Notes: generated from the sequence alone by a model not told the origin. A stretch of 63,350 nt of DNA from Gammaproteobacteria bacterium (GCA_035576045.1 DATLWY010000007.1:1-63350), one strand, 5' to 3'. Positions 1 through 9,010 are shown, numbered from the stretch's first letter. Made by a program: numbers and translations.

Positions 1-152
1 ATGAAGCCCAAGATGAAGATGAGATAGAGGATGAAGCCCCAGCGGAAGACAAAGCAGAGGATGAGGGTGAAGCGGAAGATCAAGAGAGGGCTGGAGATAA
101 AATAGCAAACGAAAGCAAAAAAAAGGATGAAGATACACGCACTGACGAATAA
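1..152 (+). CDS. 3' end of an ORF entering from upstream; extremely acidic C-terminal tail (hypothetical)
   Basis: Frame 3 is open from nt 3 to TAA at 150-152 and reads EAQDEDEIEDEAPAEDKAEDEGEAEDQERAGDKIANESKKKDEDTRTDE*. Too short to assign a family. Confidence 0.35.
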   Translation, partial: EAQDEDEIEDEAPAEDKAEDEGEAEDQERAGDKIANESKKKDEDTRTDE

Positions 153-228
153 AAATAATTTATTTAGCTTTTGAGGAACTTCTCTATACAAACCTTGCCT
201 AAACTCAATAAGGAAATTGAGTTTTTAG

Positions 229-1176
229 ATGGGGGTATGTATGAGCACCGAGGCGGAAAAGGCAAAGGAGGAAGCTAAAAAAGCAGCAGAGCTTAAAGCT
301 GCTAACGAGGTTAATGCCTCGGGAAATTCCACCGCACTTGTAGCGACACAACCCATACCTACACAGACCACATTAGAAACCAAAAACGAAGACGACCCTT
401 CACCTACGCCACCCGTAAAACCGTACAGCGAAAAGGGAGATCCTGATGCATCGAAAGGAAACAAGGATTTCTGGGAACGTTTTGTTGCGGCGATTTTTGC
501 AGTGATGAATACGAAAACTGGGAAGATGTTTGCGGCAGCTGGGGAGAAGCTTTGGGAGAAAACGCCTCAGTTTATAAAAAAACCGATTGTCGCTGCAAAA
601 AATTCGGCTGTTGGTGCTGTTAATAAGAAAGTTAATGCCGCAAAAGAAAATGTTGTTGCCGTTAAGGATGCTGTTAACAGGAAAGTTGTTGAGCCTATCA
701 ATAGAAAAGTTGTTGAGCCTATCAATAGGAAAATTGTTAGCCCTGTAAAGCGGGGCGCAAAGGCTGTAGTCGCTAAAAAAGATAAGGCTGTCAAGGCTGT
801 AGTCGCTAAAAAAGATAAGGTGGTTGGTGCCGCAAAAGAGAGTGTAAAAACGAAATTGAATTCTGCAGGCTCCGCTCTAAAAGAAGGTGCAACATCGGGA
901 TTGGATTCCACAAAACAGGGTGTAAAAGCGGCAGGCTCGGCTCTAAGTCATGCCGCTACTGCGGTAAAAGAGAAACTCTCTCGGCAAAAGGACCACACCT
1001 CGGCGAAAAAAGGAGATAATAGCTTTCAGCCTGCCCATGCTCGTCAGAGGAGCATGTCAAATTCACAACGAACGCCCCTCCTTAAACCGGAGGATCCAAA
1101 CGCAACTGCAAAACAAAAAGTAGGCGCAAGAACGCCTCCCCCATCCCCGCCCCGTAAAAACACAATGAGTCAATAA
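229..1176 (+). CDS. Hypothetical Lys/Ala/Val-rich repeat protein with MGVCMS N-terminus and proline-rich C-terminus; candidate secreted effector
   Basis: 315-aa ORF. N-terminus is MGVCMST. Internal tandem repeats are NRKVVEPI x3 and KAVVAKKDKAV x2. C-terminal RTPPPSPPRK. No enzyme motif recognised. An alternative start at M5 (nt 241) is possible. Confidence 0.6.
   Translation: MGVCMSTEAEKAKEEAKKAAELKAANEVNASGNSTALVATQPIPTQTTLETKNEDDPSPTPPVKPYSEKGDPDASKGNKDFWERFVAAIFAVMNTKTGKMFAAAGEKLWEKTPQFIKKPIVAAKNSAVGAVNKKVNAAKENVVAVKDAVNRKVVEPINRKVVEPINRKIVSPVKRGAKAVVAKKDKAVKAVVAKKDKVVGAAKESVKTKLNSAGSALKEGATSGLDSTKQGVKAAGSALSHAATAVKEKLSRQKDHTSAKKGDNSFQPAHARQRSMSNSQRTPLLKPEDPNATAKQKVGARTPPPSPPRKNTMSQ
676..825 (+). 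repeat. In-frame coding tandem repeats: 24-bp unit x3 (676-747), then 33-bp unit x2 (760-825)
   Basis: Read directly from the sequence: aacaggaaagttgttgagcctatc / aatagaaaagttgttgagcctatc / aataggaaaattgttagccctgta, then aaggctgtagtcgctaaaaaagataaggctgtc repeated with a 3' variant. Confidence 0.85.
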
Positions 1177-1278
1177 ACAAACTATTGACTCCTGCTCCTC
1201 ATTCATGTTCTAATAAGAAGTCATGAATCCAGGAAATCTTTAATTAAGCAGAAACATAATTTTTGAGGAGATACACCT

Positions 1279-1932
1279 ATGCCAGCCTTTACCCCCGCTT
1301 TCAATAGAGCATTTAAGAATTTAACCAATTTAGCAGGTACTAGTCCAGAAAAACTGGTTGCCCTACATAAACACTTAACCCCTCAAGAGCGCTTCCAGGA
1401 TATACAACAAAAATTTGAGCTCTTTCAAGGACTGCAGTTTAGTTCGGAGGTTGTAGCCAAAATGACCGCGTTGTTAAAAGCGGTGAACCATACCGTTCAA
1501 TCCGATAAACTTGCTGCGAGCTTGCAGGAAATAGCCGCCATTCACGATGAGAATGAAAAATTTCGCATGCTTAAAGAAATATTTAAAGAACAGGAAACCC
1601 TAAAGGCTTTTGCACAGTGTTGGGAAATCTATCTCCAATCGCAATCTACTCCAATGGAAGAGATTGAAAAGCGCTTTGAAGAAGTCACTAAAAATTCCCA
1701 TGAGGGGATGAGCTCTTTGGATACACAATCGAAATTTGAGCTTACAAAGAGAATGGTGCAAGAGCTGATGAATATATTTTATGCGCTGTTCGATGCTCTT
1801 TTGATTTCAGCAGGGCATAAAAATGTTTTTGCGCCGGACAATAATGATGAACAAGGCGCAGGGTTCCGAGATCCTAAGAGCGGCCTTGTTTACGACCAAA
1901 GCGGTGTACACCCCGCCAACGCTGCAAGATAG
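1279..1932 (+). CDS. Hypothetical protein, predicted mostly helical, no recognisable domain
   Basis: 217-aa ORF with a GAGGAG-like RBS (ttgaggagatacacctATG). Convergent with dotA and followed by a strong hairpin. Confidence 0.55.
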   Translation: MPAFTPAFNRAFKNLTNLAGTSPEKLVALHKHLTPQERFQDIQQKFELFQGLQFSSEVVAKMTALLKAVNHTVQSDKLAASLQEIAAIHDENEKFRMLKEIFKEQETLKAFAQCWEIYLQSQSTPMEEIEKRFEEVTKNSHEGMSSLDTQSKFELTKRMVQELMNIFYALFDALLISAGHKNVFAPDNNDEQGAGFRDPKSGLVYDQSGVHPANAAR

Positions 1933-2004
1933 GGAGCCCGAGTCGAGTAGACGCCGGTAGCCATATGTTATCGAGATGAGAGAACACTCTTGGAGGGAAT
2001 AAAC

Positions 2005-2039
2005 GCATAAGCGATGCGGTTCTAGCGCATCGCTTATGC
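2005..2039. terminator. Perfect 14-bp stem hairpin between the convergent genes 1279-1932 and dotA (bidirectional terminator candidate)
   Basis: gcataagcgatgcg (2005-2018), loop gttctag, cgcatcgcttatgc (2026-2039). No strong U-tract on the + strand. Confidence 0.55.
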
Positions 2040-2045
2040 AGGCGG

Positions 2046-4457
2046 CTACCTCCGGCCTCGTGTTTGGGGGTTCTGAAGTGCTTTTTGAGCTTTTTCCTCA
2101 TCCTTTCTATCTTTGTTCTTCGTATTATGAGCACTCTCTTTTTGGCCTTCTTTGCTGTCCTTACTCGACTTAGCCAATTTGGCGCCCGTTTTTTCACTCG
2201 CTTTTGCATGTCCTGCTTCGAGGCCTTTTGAAGCTTGTCCCGCACCACTGTCTAAACCACCTTTCGCTTCTTTGACCATATCGCCTGGGTCGCCACCTTC
2301 AGCGGAGCCGCCCATCCAGCGCATAATCTGATTGGGCAAGACATAAATTAACGAAAAAGACTTATTCACAATCGAGGTTATAATGCCCACATAAAAACCT
2401 AAGACCGCGAGAATACTAAAGATACTCACCGCAGCGCCTTCGTTAATGGCAGGAATAAATCCAAAATTGATTAAGGCTATACCTGCTCTCAGTAAACTAG
2501 AGCCCAAAACAAAGCCGAAAATCATCAAAGTGGGCCTTAAGAAAATATTGGCTAAAATTGGCAGTGCCGAGCCAAGTTTTCCGAGTTCTTCTCCGCCGGG
2601 CTGAACTAATGCCAGTGCAATAATGGGAGCTGCGACGACGGCTTCTATCACTTGGATTATCCACCCGAAAGCAGTCATGGTAAAAACGAGATAAGGTACC
2701 AACGGAATGTAGATGCCAAGGGTTGCACCAAGCGTCCACAGCACAATGGCCAGTGAATAAATCATAGGCAGTATCGATACAAAGAGTAAGTTTATTGCCC
2801 AGGCTACGGGGCTTACGCAAGAAGCTGGAGATGCTATCAAGGAAATAAGAAAAGAGCTAATTATGGAGATAAATACGGCAATCTCACCCGCTAACATTAA
2901 AATACCACCAAACTGCCCAATGCCAATTAACGGATCAGCGACCCCTCCCGTAGCAGTCTTGCCCTCGGCAATACTTTGCACGTATTCAAGTATCGGTGTT
3001 TGTATGCCATCTTTAATGCCGTTCACGATCCCATCTAAAACCTTATCGCCTGTTGAGGCTGCTGACATGGCTAATCCATGCGAGGGGGGACCTGGGTTGC
3101 TTCGGTCGCTATTCCAATAGTCGAAACTATGGATGAGAGCGTTATTCATTTTTGTGAGTGTTGGACCCGTCGAGATGTATAGCTGGAGTGAAGACGCGCT
3201 AGTAGTATCAGTGGTTGGCCACGGTCCTGTTAGCGTATTATTGGCGGATAGATTACGCGGATCTATACGCTGCGGAACACCAGAGGACGCAGGCAGTTTG
3301 GCTGTCCCAGGCTTTGTTTCCTCATCTATGTTGGCCGTCGTAGCTCTCACCATTGTAAAATAATAACTCCCTGCATGGATCCATCCATAACTTTTAAGCG
3401 CTGCATAGTCCGTGTTAAGAGCCGAAGCAGGTTTAAGACGCTCTTCCCAATCGGGTGCGTCGTTAGCGGGTGCGGCGCTAACACCGGTTGCAAATGCTGC
3501 AATTTTGTTAATATACGCTTCTCCTGCCGCGCGAACATAGCCGGGATCGGGTGGGGCATAAGTGTTTTGATCAGGATTTGCCAAGATTCGTGCTGCTGCA
3601 TCTACTGCACTAAACATACTTTGTAATGCCTCTACTTTAATGCGGAGTTTTTGTTGTAAGGTTGCATAATTAAATGTATTAACGTCACCTTGGAGGATCG
3701 TGGTAGTGACTGCAAAAGACCCACATAAGCTCCTAAGTGGTTCAAGGGCGCCTTCTACACCAACATACAGAGTCGCTGTTTGTGTGAGCTGTGTTGCGGG
3801 TTTGGCGGAAGGGGCGGGTTGTGGGGCGCCTATGGTCGTGTGAATTGAAATCGATTTATTTTGCAGAGGGCCGGCGTCTGTGAGGAGTCCTGGTATTTCG
3901 TCATTAATAGCATACATGCAGGTGCTGGATTGTAAAATGCTTTGTGTGATATTATTTAAATCACCGGGTTTCAGTTGCATGCTAATTCCGCCTACAGTGG
4001 GTACCCCTTGCATTAATTGATCTAAGACCACATTCCAAACCGAGTTTGCAGCGCCTATGCCGTTTAAGACAATCCACATGACGGTCATTTGCACAACGGA
4101 GTAGCCAGAAGTGGGGCCTGGTACCATCAATAACATGCCCGAAAAGGCGCGAAGCGGCACCCAAAGCGACATTTTTTTCCCCATGGCTTCGCCTTCGCGG
4201 GCAGTATTGATAGTCGTCATCACACCAATATAAGAAAGCACTACGGCGCCAATCGTGACAATAATAAAATTAAATCGTTCAAACATAAGAGATAAAGTTG
4301 GATTGTTACCGCCACCTAAATTAATGGCGCCAACACTGCCACCAAACACCATGCCGAGATATTCTTGCGATTTATCGGTTGGGATTACCGAGAAAACACC
4401 TGCAAAAACTTCTCCGCAAATAAGACAAAAAAGGAAAAAAACAAGTCCTTTTTTCAT
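2046..4457 (-). CDS. dotA: Dot/Icm type IVB secretion protein DotA
   Basis: Large polytopic protein immediately downstream of icmV and divergent from icmW-icmX, the canonical Dot/Icm arrangement. N-terminal signal/TM is MKKGLVFFLFCLICGEVFAGVF, followed by SQEYLGMVFGG. There is a long soluble middle region and a C-terminal cluster of TM helices. The likely start ATG at 4457 overlaps the icmV stop (ATGA). The ORF-track start at 4505 is probably too long. Confidence 0.8.
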   Translation of the reverse strand: MKKGLVFFLFCLICGEVFAGVFSVIPTDKSQEYLGMVFGGSVGAINLGGGNNPTLSLMFERFNFIIVTIGAVVLSYIGVMTTINTAREGEAMGKKMSLWVPLRAFSGMLLMVPGPTSGYSVVQMTVMWIVLNGIGAANSVWNVVLDQLMQGVPTVGGISMQLKPGDLNNITQSILQSSTCMYAINDEIPGLLTDAGPLQNKSISIHTTIGAPQPAPSAKPATQLTQTATLYVGVEGALEPLRSLCGSFAVTTTILQGDVNTFNYATLQQKLRIKVEALQSMFSAVDAAARILANPDQNTYAPPDPGYVRAAGEAYINKIAAFATGVSAAPANDAPDWEERLKPASALNTDYAALKSYGWIHAGSYYFTMVRATTANIDEETKPGTAKLPASSGVPQRIDPRNLSANNTLTGPWPTTDTTSASSLQLYISTGPTLTKMNNALIHSFDYWNSDRSNPGPPSHGLAMSAASTGDKVLDGIVNGIKDGIQTPILEYVQSIAEGKTATGGVADPLIGIGQFGGILMLAGEIAVFISIISSFLISLIASPASCVSPVAWAINLLFVSILPMIYSLAIVLWTLGATLGIYIPLVPYLVFTMTAFGWIIQVIEAVVAAPIIALALVQPGGEELGKLGSALPILANIFLRPTLMIFGFVLGSSLLRAGIALINFGFIPAINEGAAVSIFSILAVLGFYVGIITSIVNKSFSLIYVLPNQIMRWMGGSAEGGDPGDMVKEAKGGLDSGAGQASKGLEAGHAKASEKTGAKLAKSSKDSKEGQKESAHNTKNKDRKDEEKAQKALQNPQTRGRR

Positions 4458-4918
4458 AGCTGATTTTTCCTTTTCTGAGGCAGTATTAAGCGACACCATT
4501 CCCAAACATTACACCCCAATTTTTTTTGAGATATTTGGAAATGCCAAAAGTGAAAGCGAAAGGCAAGCGATAAAGCATATAACGACAGCGAAATACAAAT
4601 ACCCATACCTGTCCAATTTTTTAGATGAGAGAGTACTATTGTGTAAATAAGGAGTGCCATTGCCATAAGCACAAAAAAAAGGGAGAGTTTCAGAAAGCGC
4701 TCGGATTGTTTTGTGACGGTTTCTGGAGAGAGCGCCATCCTATCGATGGCTTCTTCAAAGCTTTCGGGATGCTCGGCCACTTGGATGCTGAAAAGATTTT
4801 TTATTCTCTCCCAAAAATAGAGGCTTGAATTTTTAAGCGAGGCAAGATCGATCCAGCGATCAACACGCACATCTACCATGTGACCTACAAATTTCTTGCT
4901 CCCTTTCCAGAGTCCCAT
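4454..4918 (-). CDS. icmV: Dot/Icm protein IcmV (small inner-membrane protein)
   Basis: 154 aa with two hydrophobic helices (LSLFFVLMAMALLIYTIVL, GMGICISLSLYALSLAF). Sits directly upstream of, and translationally coupled to, dotA, and is divergent from icmW. Confidence 0.7.
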   Translation of the reverse strand: MGLWKGSKKFVGHMVDVRVDRWIDLASLKNSSLYFWERIKNLFSIQVAEHPESFEEAIDRMALSPETVTKQSERFLKLSLFFVLMAMALLIYTIVLSHLKNWTGMGICISLSLYALSLAFRFHFWHFQISQKKLGCNVWEWCRLILPQKRKNQL

Positions 4919-5057
4919 GCTTCGCTCTCCTCATCTTATCGTACTTTGCTTTGTTTCTGTATGGGTTTGGATAATGCTTTTAAGGTGTTCCTGGTAAAAT
5001 CATCTATCTAACGATATCATTATAGAATAGGTTTTATCAGCGACGCTAGGAATTCGT

Positions 5058-5522
5058 ATGCCAGATCTTCATTTAGATGCGTTGAATGCTTTTTGGGACA
5101 GTTATGATCGCCGAACGTTGTATCGCGTGATTGTTGCACTGGAACGTGTAGAGCATTGGATGTTAGATAGCATTCCAGCCGTGGAGGCGGCGCTCATTCA
5201 ACTGGGTGAAACGATGGATCAAGCAAGTGACTTTGAGCTTACGGCCGAAGTCAAAGTCGTTCGGGTTTTAGCGAATACTCGAGCCAGCCGAGCCTTACGT
5301 ATCCTCCAAGCGCTGGATATGGTAAAACCGGGTTCCGCTTCTCAATTATTAATGTATGCGGAAGAGGCGAGCACCGAAGCCGAGGGAAAAACCCCCGATT
5401 ATTGTGCACAGTTGTTTTTAAGGCGCAATTTGGTGTTTGAGCGGCTACAATTATTATCACGAGTGTTTGCACCCCAACGGATTTCTTTGATTTTAAAAGC
5501 ATTGGAACAACAGACTGAATAG
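5058..5522 (+). CDS. icmW: Dot/Icm type IV coupling-complex adaptor/chaperone IcmW
   Basis: 154 aa. The N-terminus MPDLHLDALNAFWDSYDRRTLYRVIVALERVEHWMLD closely resembles the IcmW N-terminus as I recall it (MPDLSHEA...YRVI...E.VE.W.LD). Position is upstream of icmX and divergent from icmV. Confidence 0.85.
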   Translation: MPDLHLDALNAFWDSYDRRTLYRVIVALERVEHWMLDSIPAVEAALIQLGETMDQASDFELTAEVKVVRVLANTRASRALRILQALDMVKPGSASQLLMYAEEASTEAEGKTPDYCAQLFLRRNLVFERLQLLSRVFAPQRISLILKALEQQTE

Positions 5523-5542
5523 TTTACACGGAGGAAAGGTTA

Positions 5543-6589
5543 ATGGAAAAAGATAGAAAGAGAACAGGGCGTTTAGGCGCAGCGCTAGCCGCTATTTGTA
5601 TCATGGGCGGTTTAGTTGGATGGGTAGCCTATGCAGAAACAGCGGATTCGCCTGCTGTTGATAAAGATGTCGAAGGTATAGCTCAAAAAGTACTTAGCGG
5701 TTCCCCTTTAACACAACCGCCCCCGGCGCCGCCACTCGGGTTGGGAGTTCCACAGCCGCCTCTGCCACTCGGCATTTTGGATACAGCGACAAACTTTATG
5801 GAACAATTGAGTGAGGGCGTTTTGTCATTCATTAATAAAAATACAAACAGCGCTTTGTATGGTAAACAAGAAGTAGAAACCTCAAAAGCAATGGTTGCGC
5901 GGCATTTTAATAGTTATTGCGCAGGTGCTGAAACGGGTAATTGCCCAAGCGAGCCTTTGCTGCAATACGGGGATGTTAAAATCAGTAGCATTCTTTCCGG
6001 AACAGCTTATAGTGATCCCGCGCGCGTACAAGCTGCACAAGATTATCTGACGAATTTATTTGTGCCACCTAGTGGACCCTTAGTGTCCAACTTTAGCAGT
6101 GATTTAAAAGACGGTACCTTAGATGTCGCGACGGTTGTCAATGATCCCAAATTATTGAAAAAATATGCCCAGGCATTATCAGACGAAGCAGTTCTCTCTG
6201 CCGCCAGGCAATCGTTTGCACACATGATGGCTATGCGAACGGTATCGAGCTCAGAGGCGGGTAGTATTTCTGAAATGCAGTTAATGGAAGCGGAAGCGAT
6301 TAAACGATTTATGAGCGCAGGTTGGCTCCAAAAAACGAATGATCCAAAAACAACGCCAGCAGAGCATCAGAAAGAAATGGTTATTATGCAAGCGTATCAA
6401 AATTGGATGGCTTATCAACAATTTAGGCAATTAGAACGCATTGAAGCATTATTAGCGACTGTCATTGTGCAAAGTGCGCGCACCATGCAGACGATCTCAG
6501 CGAGTATCCCAGCAGCACCTTCAGGTGGTGATCTCAGTCGTGCAACGGCGGCTACAGGCAATATGCCGTCGTCTTCTGAAAGTCCGTAG
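5543..6589 (+). CDS. icmX: Dot/Icm periplasmic protein IcmX
   Basis: 348 aa with an N-terminal signal-like segment (LGAALAAICIMGGLVGWVAYA) and a proline-rich linker. Follows icmW by 20 nt. The assignment is mainly positional. Confidence 0.7.
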   Translation: MEKDRKRTGRLGAALAAICIMGGLVGWVAYAETADSPAVDKDVEGIAQKVLSGSPLTQPPPAPPLGLGVPQPPLPLGILDTATNFMEQLSEGVLSFINKNTNSALYGKQEVETSKAMVARHFNSYCAGAETGNCPSEPLLQYGDVKISSILSGTAYSDPARVQAAQDYLTNLFVPPSGPLVSNFSSDLKDGTLDVATVVNDPKLLKKYAQALSDEAVLSAARQSFAHMMAMRTVSSSEAGSISEMQLMEAEAIKRFMSAGWLQKTNDPKTTPAEHQKEMVIMQAYQNWMAYQQFRQLERIEALLATVIVQSARTMQTISASIPAAPSGGDLSRATAATGNMPSSSESP

Positions 6590-6652
6590 TCGGGGGGAAA
6601 TGTTATCAAATTAAAACGCCGGATAACGTTCAGTAGTTATGTTTCTTATCTG

Positions 6653-8092
6653 TTGTTAGCGATAGCCTTTGGACTAGCGGGTTGTGCATTTGCCGGCTTA
6701 CTGCCTGCAATATTGATAAGTGGGGGGATTGTAGGTGCACTTGGTGTGTTGTGTTGCGTAATAACAGCTTTTGTGTACCCGAAACCCCTCACAAACCCAA
6801 TATTGCAGGCGTTAATACTTCAAAAGCCTTATTTTAGAACACAGCAAGTGTGTCGATTATGGGTAGGGCAAATTGTTTTTGTCTGCCTGTCTTTTGTTTT
6901 ATTTCATTTTTTAGAAACTCAAACTCAGCTCAACACACGCTTATCTTTGGTAGAAACGGGATATATCGTGAAAGCATTGCAGCAGCATCCTTTTGGATTG
7001 GGGTTGTTGCCTTTTATTATTTATGGTGTTTTGGGATTGGGTTTAGCCTATTTTAGCATTTGCGTAGGCGAAAAACCGATTTTAACGCGGGCTTTTTCGC
7101 TTAAACGGGCTTTTTCGTTGGCCGAAGCCGGGCATCCTATGACAAATCTTGCTTTATTTTGGCAAAGTTGTATATGCAGCGTGATCGAGATTGCTATTAC
7201 GTTGTCACTGGTATTCATTTCCACATTTGCATTATTTTGGCTTTGTGAAACAGTGAATACCTGTTTCGGATGGGATTCGCTTTTTAGTGTACCTTTGCGG
7301 ACATTGTTTATTTTAGGATTGATGATGTTCTTTTTTCGAAGGATTAATAAACAACTGATTGCGTGGATGAGTAAACATCAGATTTCTGTTGGGCAGATTC
7401 TGATTATTTATATTTTAAGTTTTTCGCTATTTGTATTGTGGCTGCACGCCGCAGGCGATTGGCTAACCTCAATAATGCCTGCGCCATTGCCGGATTCAGA
7501 AAAAAGTTATTTTGCAGGGATGTTTAACGAAAAATCATTACAAGTGAGAATTCAGTATTTGATTTGGGGGTGGTGGAGTATTTGGATCCCCTGGCTGACA
7601 TCATTGGTTGCGCGTTCAGCGATCGGTTGTTCAATACTGCAGGCTTTAATACAGGCGCTTTTATTGCCAGCAATAGTCTTTGCTGTGGGCGTGTACTACC
7701 CCGATCGTGTCGACTGGACTTTGATATATGCATGGCTGCAATTGCCCGCTATTCAATTGCTCGTTCTCTTCGGCATATTTTTCTCTCTGTGGGTAATCGG
7801 TGGTGAGATGCGAACCATGGGCGATGTTTTAAAAGGCGACATGTTACCCATAGGCCGTATATCAAATCGTCCGTTAACCCGGTGGATGACTGTTCTGATA
7901 TTTTGGTTAACGTGTTATGTTCCCAGCGGGTTTATTTTGGGATGGTTGCCTATGCAATTTAGCGTTACCTTTTTCGGATTATTTATGAACAGTGCGGTGG
8001 CGATTTTTATTGGCATATGGGGTATGACTCTTATCCGGCGCTTCGCGCCATCTTCTCCCGTAAAACGAGGGAAGGGAATGGCAATTTATTAA
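6653..8092 (+). CDS. Polytopic membrane protein, degenerate BCCT-family (betaine/carnitine/choline transporter)-like
   Basis: 479 aa with about 12 hydrophobic segments. The segment IQYLIWGWWSIWIPWLTSLVARSAIG matches the BCCT signature W-x-F-Y-W-A-W-W-I-S-W-S-P-F-V-G-x-F-I-A-R-I-S-x-G at the W, WW, W, P, AR and G positions. TTG start. Confidence 0.45.
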   Translation: MLAIAFGLAGCAFAGLLPAILISGGIVGALGVLCCVITAFVYPKPLTNPILQALILQKPYFRTQQVCRLWVGQIVFVCLSFVLFHFLETQTQLNTRLSLVETGYIVKALQQHPFGLGLLPFIIYGVLGLGLAYFSICVGEKPILTRAFSLKRAFSLAEAGHPMTNLALFWQSCICSVIEIAITLSLVFISTFALFWLCETVNTCFGWDSLFSVPLRTLFILGLMMFFFRRINKQLIAWMSKHQISVGQILIIYILSFSLFVLWLHAAGDWLTSIMPAPLPDSEKSYFAGMFNEKSLQVRIQYLIWGWWSIWIPWLTSLVARSAIGCSILQALIQALLLPAIVFAVGVYYPDRVDWTLIYAWLQLPAIQLLVLFGIFFSLWVIGGEMRTMGDVLKGDMLPIGRISNRPLTRWMTVLIFWLTCYVPSGFILGWLPMQFSVTFFGLFMNSAVAIFIGIWGMTLIRRFAPSSPVKRGKGMAIY

Positions 8093-8106
8093 ATTAAGAT
8101 TTTGTT

Positions 8107-8127
8107 TCCCGCTCTCGTTTCGCGGGA
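8107..8127. terminator. Weak hairpin between convergent genes
   Basis: tcccgc (8107-8112) pairs with gcggga (8122-8127), with a 9-nt loop. Lies between the stops at 8092 (+) and 8154 (-). Confidence 0.3.
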
Positions 8128-8153
8128 GAAAGTGTTCAAAAAGCGGGCGAAGG

Positions 8154-8975
8154 TCAGGTTCGCTTTTTGCCTGGCCCCCGGGTTGCAGCCGTCGGGTCGA
8201 GTGTTGGTTCGAGCGTGCGACGCAAATTCTGTTGACGCCTAAATTCGGTTGAATCTTTTGGCGCGGTTGCTACGTTGGCATCTAAAAGCTCGTATTGTTT
8301 AATCAAATCTTCTTTGAGCTGCTTAAATTGCCCTTCAGATTGTTTACGCCAGGTATCGAAATCTAAGAAGTGCGTAAGGGGTTTTTGGGCATGAAAAATG
8401 CGTTTTAGTTGTTGTGCCATACGCTCAATGGTCGTTAAATCTAAATTTAATTTGGCGGCAATATAGGTTAAAGAATCGGTGCAGCCCATCAAGTACCAGC
8501 ATTGCATCCAAATATTGATGGGTGGCTGTCCTATTTCTAGGGGCGTACCTGAGTCGTCATTAAACTCTAATAAGCATTCCAAGCAGCGGTAGCGATGATT
8601 ATGGGGTGAGTGCGAAGGTAATTGGGCTAGACGTTTAACGTTGGTTGCGTTGCATTGAGGACACTGGATCTGGGGATGCCACCGTTCTTGTCGAACCGTC
8701 TCAAAAGACTCTGCAATACCAACCATTTTTATGATTTCTGTGGCGCGTGAATCAGGCTTTTCTTCTTTAGGTTCATTCATGCGGGCTTTTAACGCCACGA
8801 GATGCTCTAAAATATCTTCACTTTGTAAGTATTCTGTTTCTGCTTCCATATAGGTGTGCAGCACGGAGTCTTTCAGTTCTTCAGCGGTGCGCGCCTTTTT
8901 TTCTGTAACGGCGACATTGCTGTCTGATGAAACAGGCGCATTGAATTTTTTCCAAAGATCGCTTAAAAAAGTCAT
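8154..8975 (-). CDS. Zinc-ribbon plus HTH protein resembling the N-terminal DNA-binding module of IS1595-family transposases; no DDE domain
   Basis: CPQCNATNV...(14 aa)...YRCLECLLEFNDDSGTPLEIGQPPINIWMQCWYLMGCTDSLTYIAAKLNLDLTTIERMAQQLKRIF. This is the CxxC...CxxC-F-x3-GT...W...HTH pattern typical of Zn_Tnp_IS1595 N-termini. The remaining 273 aa hold only coiled-coil or low-complexity sequence. Confidence 0.55.
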   Translation of the reverse strand: MTFLSDLWKKFNAPVSSDSNVAVTEKKARTAEELKDSVLHTYMEAETEYLQSEDILEHLVALKARMNEPKEEKPDSRATEIIKMVGIAESFETVRQERWHPQIQCPQCNATNVKRLAQLPSHSPHNHRYRCLECLLEFNDDSGTPLEIGQPPINIWMQCWYLMGCTDSLTYIAAKLNLDLTTIERMAQQLKRIFHAQKPLTHFLDFDTWRKQSEGQFKQLKEDLIKQYELLDANVATAPKDSTEFRRQQNLRRTLEPTLDPTAATRGPGKKRT

Positions 8976-9010
8976 TGCGTGATTCCATTCGTTTTGTTTA
9001 GTGACTTAGA

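Noticed and set aside
567-911. 114-aa minus-strand ORF antisense to the Lys/Ala/Val repeat gene. Similar antisense ORFs occur at 225-464, 1874-2248, 12139-12654, 16141-16719 and 31698-32075. A series of +2-frame ORFs lies inside the ankyrin gene (54409-55038).
   Set aside because: All lie wholly inside, or antisense to, strongly supported genes. They have low-complexity or repeat-mirroring composition (for example the Gly/Ala/Thr-rich mirror of the Pro-rich tract) and lack RBSs. They are typical shadow ORFs.
4994-4998. GTAAA half-site in the icmV/icmW divergent promoter region (CpxR-type GTAAA-N5-GTAAA boxes regulate these genes in L. pneumophila).
   Set aside because: Only one half-site is present, and the expected second GTAAA at 5-6-nt spacing is absent. 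It could easily be a chance occurrence.
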